A stretch of 58,079 nt of DNA from Octopus bimaculoides (taxonomy: Eukaryota). Positions 51,011 through 58,079 of this stretch are shown here, piece by piece. The notes beneath the pieces are model-generated. The model worked only from the letters and a program-made list of their open reading frames with translations, was not told the DNA's origin and made no database searches. The stretch's first letter is position 1, and each line of letters begins with the position of its first letter. The DNA is taken from the NCBI RefSeq assembly GCF_001194135.2, contig NC_068992.1:29086340-29144418 (forward strand), given 5' to 3'. Position numbers and translations under genes: made by a program.

Positions 51011-52556
51011 TTCCCCACCAAACACATACATGCATACATACATACATACATACATACATACATACATACTCACTATTTCTTTGTAACTTCACATTATCTT
51101 CAGAAGCGAAAATCAATCATATCAACCATTTCCTTCTTATTTATACAGGTCATAATTTACCACAAGAAAAGACCAATAAAACACGAAACATTTTGAGATA
51201 GAACATTAAAAAAAAAAGAAACAATAAAATTCTTTAGTGTCATGATGGCAAAAACCATTATCATGACATTTTCAAATCTAATTAATATCTATTTTTGATA
51301 GACAATGAAATGAGGCGAAGAAATCCGTTTAAAGTTTAATATCTCCACAGTGAGTGGTAGTATTAATAATGATAGCAATCAAAATCTCACATTAAAAAGT
51401 GTAACAGTTGCAGTATACTGATAAAAAACAAATAACTCTAAAAATAAAGATTAATAACATTATCGTTTACTTAGTCGAATATTAGAGACGTTTTTAAAGA
51501 AGATAAGATAAATATATATTTTTTTAAAGAAAAGAGAAGTGTGCAAGCTTACAATTTAATTACGTAAGCTAATCAAGGTAAACATTTATTTAAATGATCG
51601 TTAAATTTCCTAAATTTGATGTAATAAGTTTAATTTCAGCATTCATCTCACTTGTTTCACATATATACTATTAATGTAATTTTTATATTAAAAGAAAACA
51701 CACCGATTCAGTATCAATAAATTAAATCTTATTTCACTATTGGTTATATTGAATTAGAGCTTATGGCCTCAGTATTTAATCATGAATTAATCACGAAAAA
51801 AGAAACCCAGAGTTCTCTATACGTAATATCTTCTGGCTGCGGTACTCGATGATACATTTGATTAGAAGTTTAATACAATCTATACAGAATACAACTTTGT
51901 TTATTAACATCGGTTGAATAATACTCTGCAATAATCTATAATAGAAAGAACGGAAAAAGATAGGATTTTGTAGGGTTTTGTGCTGTTCATCACAATTATC
52001 TCAAATCGATGCCTTTATTAAAAAGCCCAAAGGTTATATAGCTATTTTGAAAGAAAGCGTTAATAGTTTGAAATTTGAAAGAAAATAAAAGAAACAGTAA
52101 AAGCAAAATACCCAATAAAAGGAATAAATCTCTTAAGCTTTAATTACTTTTTCTAAAAGTTGAGTTTGAAATCTGAATGCCATTGGCGAAATATACTGAG
52201 ATGTTTCAAAAGGAAAAAATAACTTTCCAATGATATTGACTAAATTCAAATTTACGAATAAATAATCCATAAGTTCATACATCTCTCTCTCTCCCCCCTC
52301 TCTGCCCCCGTCTCTCTCTATCTATCTATGTATTTATCTTATGGCTGGCATAAAATTTGGCCTTAATGACAATACATAATTGTATTTCATAGGTGATGTG
52401 ATTGTCATAAAGTTTCCTTACATTGTCAGTTTGTGGCGTTGCATTCCCTTTTCCCAAATTTCGGATACAGTAAGTGTGCTTATGTTATCTTATTTCTGAT
52501 ACATTATATCCTTGGCTAGGCATCTCCAGTTAAGGGAGTAAATACTACAATTAGTA

Positions 52557-53708
52557 TATCATGCCAACCCATAAGTAATGTCCGGATTTTAAATAAGGAA
52601 AACAAGTGATCTAAGTTTACACTTTAATGAAACTTAATCGTCAATATTGTTTCCAGGATTATCTATGACATCTTTCCATCTACTCGTAAGCTTTTTAATT
52701 CCATTAGTGAAAAACTCCTTTGGTTTCGAAGAGAAGAACTCTGAAAGGATATTTTATACTTCCTCAATTGTTTCCAGAGTTAATCCATCCAAATGATTCT
52801 GTAAACTACGAAACAAATGGGAAACTGATGGAACAAGGTCTAGGGATGAGAATTTTCTTCCAGCCAGTTCCTCGATCTCATGCGAAATGACTTTTGCAGT
52901 GTGGGCTCTTGAATTGTCCTCATGAAACACTACTCCCTTTCAATTTATGAAAGCAGACCGTTTTTCTTCAATGCAGCGTTCAAAAGCTCTAATTGCTGAC
53001 AGTAGATTTGAGCATTGATTGTTGCATTAGTTAGCAGCAAGTCAAAGTGGATGACTCCTTTGTAATCCCACCAAACAGAGAGAAGAACCTTCTTCGCATT
53101 GAGTTCCCTTTTCGGTTGTGGTTGGGCCTTTTCCCCTTCACCAAGCCAATATCTACGACGCTTAACATTTTGATAAGAGACCCACATTCATCACCGGCCA
53201 CCAGTCTGTCCCAAAAATGGCGAGATGAGATCAAGAGAACTCGGGGTTTGCGGTCAGCTTTAGACAATCATGAGGCACCCATTTTCCGAGTTGGCTGCAT
53301 GATCTTTTTCAGAAGGAGTTTGTCATCAAACTCAGTTCGAGCTTAATCTCCAAGGCTGAAATCTCCACTTCTGAATTTCACAAACCATCTTCTGCAAGTC
53401 TTTTTTCATTCAGGCACTCTTCTCCATAAGCTGAGTGAATATGCTGCGTCGCTTCAGCTGCAAAGTTCCCTTTTTTAAACTCACAAAGCATTATGTGCTC
53501 CAAATGCTCCTTAGACACTTCCATGCATGAAGGGTTATAATTAATGAAATTTCAATTAGACTATTTTGCAAAATGAAATTTAATTAGTTTAAATATGTCC
53601 AAATACATTTAAATATTACCTGATGCCATTAGACATTCTAGAATACTGATAAAACGTTTGCAAATTGAAAATATAGAAGTCCGGACATTACTTATGATTT
53701 AACTTATT
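52557..53708 (-). mobile_element. Near full-length mariner transposon, transposase pseudogenised
   Basis: TIR cores ATAAGTAATGTCCGGA (52571) and TCCGGACATTACTTAT (53680). Minus strand gives MEVSKEHLEHIMLCEFKKG..CRRWFVKFRSGDFSL, LVAGDE, KKVLLSVWWDYKGVIHF, FHEDN and HLFRSLQNHL; frameshifts and a damaged YSPDLAP region. Confidence 0.92.
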
Positions 53709-55867
53709 CGTGTTATCTATGTTAGAAGAAATAATATTGTGGACTAAATAAGGCGTAGATGAACGCAGTAGACAAGACAATGTTTTCATGAAAAATTCTA
53801 TCGTATGTATATTTCGAAGTGAAACTTTTCTTCAGAAAATAATAGCAAGATTTGGCTATAGAGGTAGTTACACCTATACTCCATGGATGATTTATCGAAA
53901 TCTACTCGCTGTTATTTTACTCAGATAGAAGTATGTAGTATGTAGAAGTACGAACCACTACACAAGTTTTGCAGACTTATGCAGTATATGTGTATTTAAT
54001 CGCACATTGGTATTTAATACTATAAATGTTCTTAAAAATTTGCTCATTAGGTGAAATATTTGATAAGCTATGTGATACAGTCAATTAAATTTTTAGTGGT
54101 ATTTCTGAAATGGTTAGATAAAAATAAGACCAAGCGTTAAGTTTTGGAAGCTGACTGTAATAGTGTTAATATCCGAAGTCATAGATAATTCAAAGTTTAA
54201 AAAATATAAAAATCTTACTTAATTCTATCCACTGATGTTGGATGGGCAGCAGACCTGAATTTTTCCGTCATTCCTCTGATAAAATCTACTGCTACAAACA
54301 TCAGGACAGTATTCAAAAGCCCGGCCTGTCTGTCTTCTGGGGACATCTCCACCAAATACGCAAAAAGGTACATAGGCCGAAATGTTGTGATTATAAAAAC
54401 TAAGATGACGTTCGTCCGAATAAATCAGTATATTATTATGACAATTCCTCCTATTAAAAATTCAGACGAAATATAATCAGGCATAGAAAAAAAAATTTTT
54501 CAATTGCTGGTATGTAAAGAATATATAAATATGTAGAGGAAAGAACTCTAACCGCTAAACATTTTAATTGAGGTAAGTAGGTAAAAACAGAACCGAAAAT
54601 ATATATTTCTGAAAATAGCTGGGATACTCTGGTGATATAGAGGCCCGCAAAACTTGAATAAGATAACTTGGACTAGCTGGTCGAAATTTTATGATATGGA
54701 AACCATGAGTGAGCTAATGTGTTGAAAAACCGTGCCTCCAATTTATTCGCAGTAATTCATTCTGGTGTAAGTCTTTGGTATACTTCTGCTAACTAGTAGT
54801 AGATCATTGCTATATACAAAACCTATTGCGAGACAATTTCTGTTGAAGGCTTAAATGTTTGGAATAATACAAATATGGGTAGAATTTGCTCTATTATTGA
54901 TACTGGAAAGGTTTTTAGATTGCAAAATTTAGGTAAAAATTTTTCAGCCGGAAAAGTGAAAATTAACTTAGTTTCTGTTGACGATCTTATGATATCTACG
55001 GGAAATGAAAGCAAACTGATATTTGGAAAATGTTTAGCGATATTATTTCTTACGTTTAAACTAAAGGCTGGTTTATAACATAAAATCTTAACGGGACTGT
55101 TTTTACTCTTTGGAATACTAGGTGGTATTTTGTACTATATTCTATCTGCAAAAGAATAGTAACAAACATGGTTAGAGGAGATGATAATGAAGGAGTATCG
55201 TTTTACTTTTCAAAGAAGTATATGAAGAAAACAATAATACAAGGGAATAAATCTTGTGAAATATTGGGTGAGTAGTTACATTATTTGTTTTTATGAAATA
55301 ATTTTTCATTAGGTTATTTTTGTTTTTAAGTTAATGGCATTATCTAAAAAACTTAAACTGTACTATATCTCGACAAAGCAGCGCACCTTTCTTACTATAT
55401 ATANNNNNNNNNNNNNNNNNNNNNNNNNNNNNNNNNNNNNNNNNNNNNNNNNNNNNNNNNNNNNNNNNNNNNNNNNNNNNNNNNNNNNNNNNNNNNNNNN
55501 NNNNNNNNNNNNNNNNNNNNNNNNTATATATATATATATGTATATATGTATGCATATGCATATGTGAATTGCACTCTTCTTTCCAAAAGTACAGCTTAGT
55601 CAGGCACTGAGTCCGCTTGAAAATTAAGTTAGAATTACATGTCTGTGAAATATTAAGCCACTGACAGGTTAATTTAAGAGCAGATTATTCAGTTATTCGT
55701 TCAAGTGAATACTCTTCGTCGAACGACGGAGATCCACTTCTATTTGTGTGCGCGCGTGTATACATAAGTATATATTTAAATACACACGCACACACATATG
55801 TACATACATAAATACATATATATATATATGTATCTATATACCTAGCAATATGCAGGCATACACAATT

Positions 55868-55924
<57 letters not shown>

Positions 55925-55965
55925 TTGCTTTCATTTAGAAATGACATCAACTCAGAACAAACTAA

Positions 55966-56009
<44 letters not shown>

Positions 56010-57329
56010 TTCTCTTTGATAAACTTTGACTTCAACTGCTTGTAATCTACGTTACGTTTACTAATAGACGCATCAATCGGATTACACTATATTTAGCTCA
56101 ATTTTGTTTTCCACCTTGGAAAATGTTGTCATTACGCCAAAGTCTCTATATCAACACTGAATAATTGAAATGACTGGAATTATACGATCGCAGTTTGTTC
56201 GGCAGTCAACAGAGTAATAGAAGAAGAAGCATTTGTCTTGTTATTCGAATTAATTCTTCGATCGATAACCGGTGAACATTCTGAGAAACATCTTTCCATT
56301 CTGTTCTACTTTATTTTGTTCCGTTCTATCGTATTTAATTCTCCTTTTGTGGTGAGTAAACAGGATTCGATCTATGTGACGTAAACTAGCGAACTATTCT
56401 TAAATAAATTTCTAATTAGTTCTGCACTCCACAACAGACTCCTCTGTCTGCATTGACCAGCTTTGCGAGACAACGAAGTTGGGGGAAACGTTTTATGCTC
56501 GCTCAACTTGCTAGAAATAGTAACCAAATTTCTTTCAGACTTAATCCTACCGACTTTAAAGGAAACGACATGTTGGTTAATGTAGTTCGAGATGTACTAT
56601 GCCTGCAAAAATATATTGCAATATATATGGCTGAATACCTTTAATCATAATTCGGTTGGATCAGCTCTGGCTTGGGGCTAAGCAATAACGACCACAACGA
56701 CAGCGACAACGACAACAAAAACGACGATGACAACACCAGGTCTTATTTCCTTCCATTCTATTGCATTAAATGCTGCTTTTGTGCGTGGATAAGATTCGAT
56801 TTTCCTGATTTAAACTAACAAGCTAATCCTCAATCAGTTTCCAATTCATTCGACCTTTCGCCACCGATTTGTTTTCAATCTCAGGCATTTACATATTTCA
56901 TTAACACAAACCAAGCGGCAGTGTTGCTAGAAATAGTAGGAAAATCATCTTCAAAACGCATTCTACCGTTTTAATAGCAAAATAATCACTGCCACTGCAA
57001 TGAGCGTGAAAGACAGTGTCTTAGCAGTCGCATGATCAGAAGAAAACAACAGCCAATATCCCCCAGATCAACATGATTGCTAAGTGTTAAGCTGTTAGCT
57101 AATATATAATGAGCTACAAAAACAGCCTTTTAGTAGTCACCCGTCTCCATAATAATAACAGCTAATATCCCACAAATGAACGTGTTTCCTAAGTCATTAA
57201 AAAACTATCCCTTGTTGACACGAACCTGAGTATCGTTGTTACCCAGATTCATATAGAATTACGTTTCTAAATACCTGAGATAGAATATATTAAATTGCAA
57301 GAATATTTAGAACATTGGAGCACATGTTT

Positions 57330-57480
57330 GGCGGTATTTCGTTAAATATCTTTACGTTCTGAGTTCTAATACTGCCAAACCTTTATTTCCTTTCCCAGGG
57401 TCGATAGATCAAAACACTATTCAAATACTAGGGCTCATTTAATTGACTAACTCTTCCCAAAGTCGTGGTCTTGTAGCTTC
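57330..57480 (+). mobile_element. Degenerate SINE family A
   Basis: GCGGTATTTCG..TTTACGTTCTGAGTTC..CCTTTCCCAGGGTCGATA..GTGGTCTTGT. Confidence 0.6.
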
Positions 57481-57547
57481 CTAATAAGGGAATAAAATTA
57501 TAATTGTTTGGAGGGTAGTGGATTAAGAGAATCGGTATAATACTGGA

Positions 57548-57548
57548 C

Positions 57549-57607
<59 letters not shown>

Positions 57608-57645
57608 CCTGTCTGTCAATCTGTCTGTCTGTTTGTCTGTCTGAT
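57548..57645. repeat. (TATC)n/(TGTC)n microsatellite (others at 57841-57900 and (TC)n at 58045-58079)
   Basis: Directly visible. Confidence 0.95.
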
Positions 57646-57654
57646 TGAGTTTCA

Positions 57655-57835
57655 AGTTTTGCTACAAGGCCAGCAGGTTCGAGGGAAGGGGTAAGTCAAT
57701 TACAGCTGCGCTAGTTATTCACTGATACTTATTTTATTGACCTCGAAAGGTTGAAAGGCAAGGTCGACCAAAGTGAAGGATGAATTCGGCACATAAAAAC
57801 AAGTAAAATGCCATTAAGTATTTTGTCGGCCTGTG
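57655..57835 (-). mobile_element. SINE family A
   Basis: AAGGCCAGCAG..GATACTTATTTTATTGACCTCGAAAGG..GGCAAGGTCGACC. Confidence 0.7.
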
Positions 57836-57840
57836 AACGA

Positions 57841-57902
<62 letters not shown>

Positions 57903-58041
57903 TTTTTCTGTCTATCTATCTGTCTGTATATCTCTCTTAGTTGTCAGAAACTAGTAATCCTATCTGTTAGTATTTGAATCTTCTGAGTTCAATCAGTCTA
58001 GAATAGAAATGGAATATACTCAACAATGCGGAATATCAACT

Positions 58042-58079
<38 letters not shown>

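Noticed and set aside
1-58079. CRISPR arrays, operons, rRNA or other prokaryotic systems
   Set aside because: No regularly spaced repeat-spacer array or prokaryotic gene organisation; the sequence is animal repeat-rich DNA.

Overview
AT-rich, microsatellite-dense eukaryotic DNA with nine N-gaps. The SINE families and repeat landscape resemble a coleoid cephalopod, probably Octopus (inference, not tested). I found no supportable intact host gene; the window looks like a gene desert or a very large intron. It is filled with decayed transposons: CR1, RTE and R4/Dong-like LINE relics, a near-complete Gypsy LTR element lacking its RT core (17231-21488), five Tc1/mariner relics, a pogo/Tigger-type MITE and about 20 tRNA-derived SINEs. 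The most notable signal is a set of hammerhead-ribozyme (HHR) motifs in non-coding repeats. A canonical type I HHR at 43101-43175 has its predicted cleavage site exactly at the boundary of a 463-bp tandem unit, which resembles a retrozyme or a Penelope-type pseudo-LTR. A two-substitution HHR lies at 24289-24334 in a direct-plus-inverted repeat element, an HHR half-core forms part of the tail of a tRNA-headed SINE (44647-44678), and two weaker remnants exist. Most ORFs in the supplied track are microsatellite or antisense artefacts.
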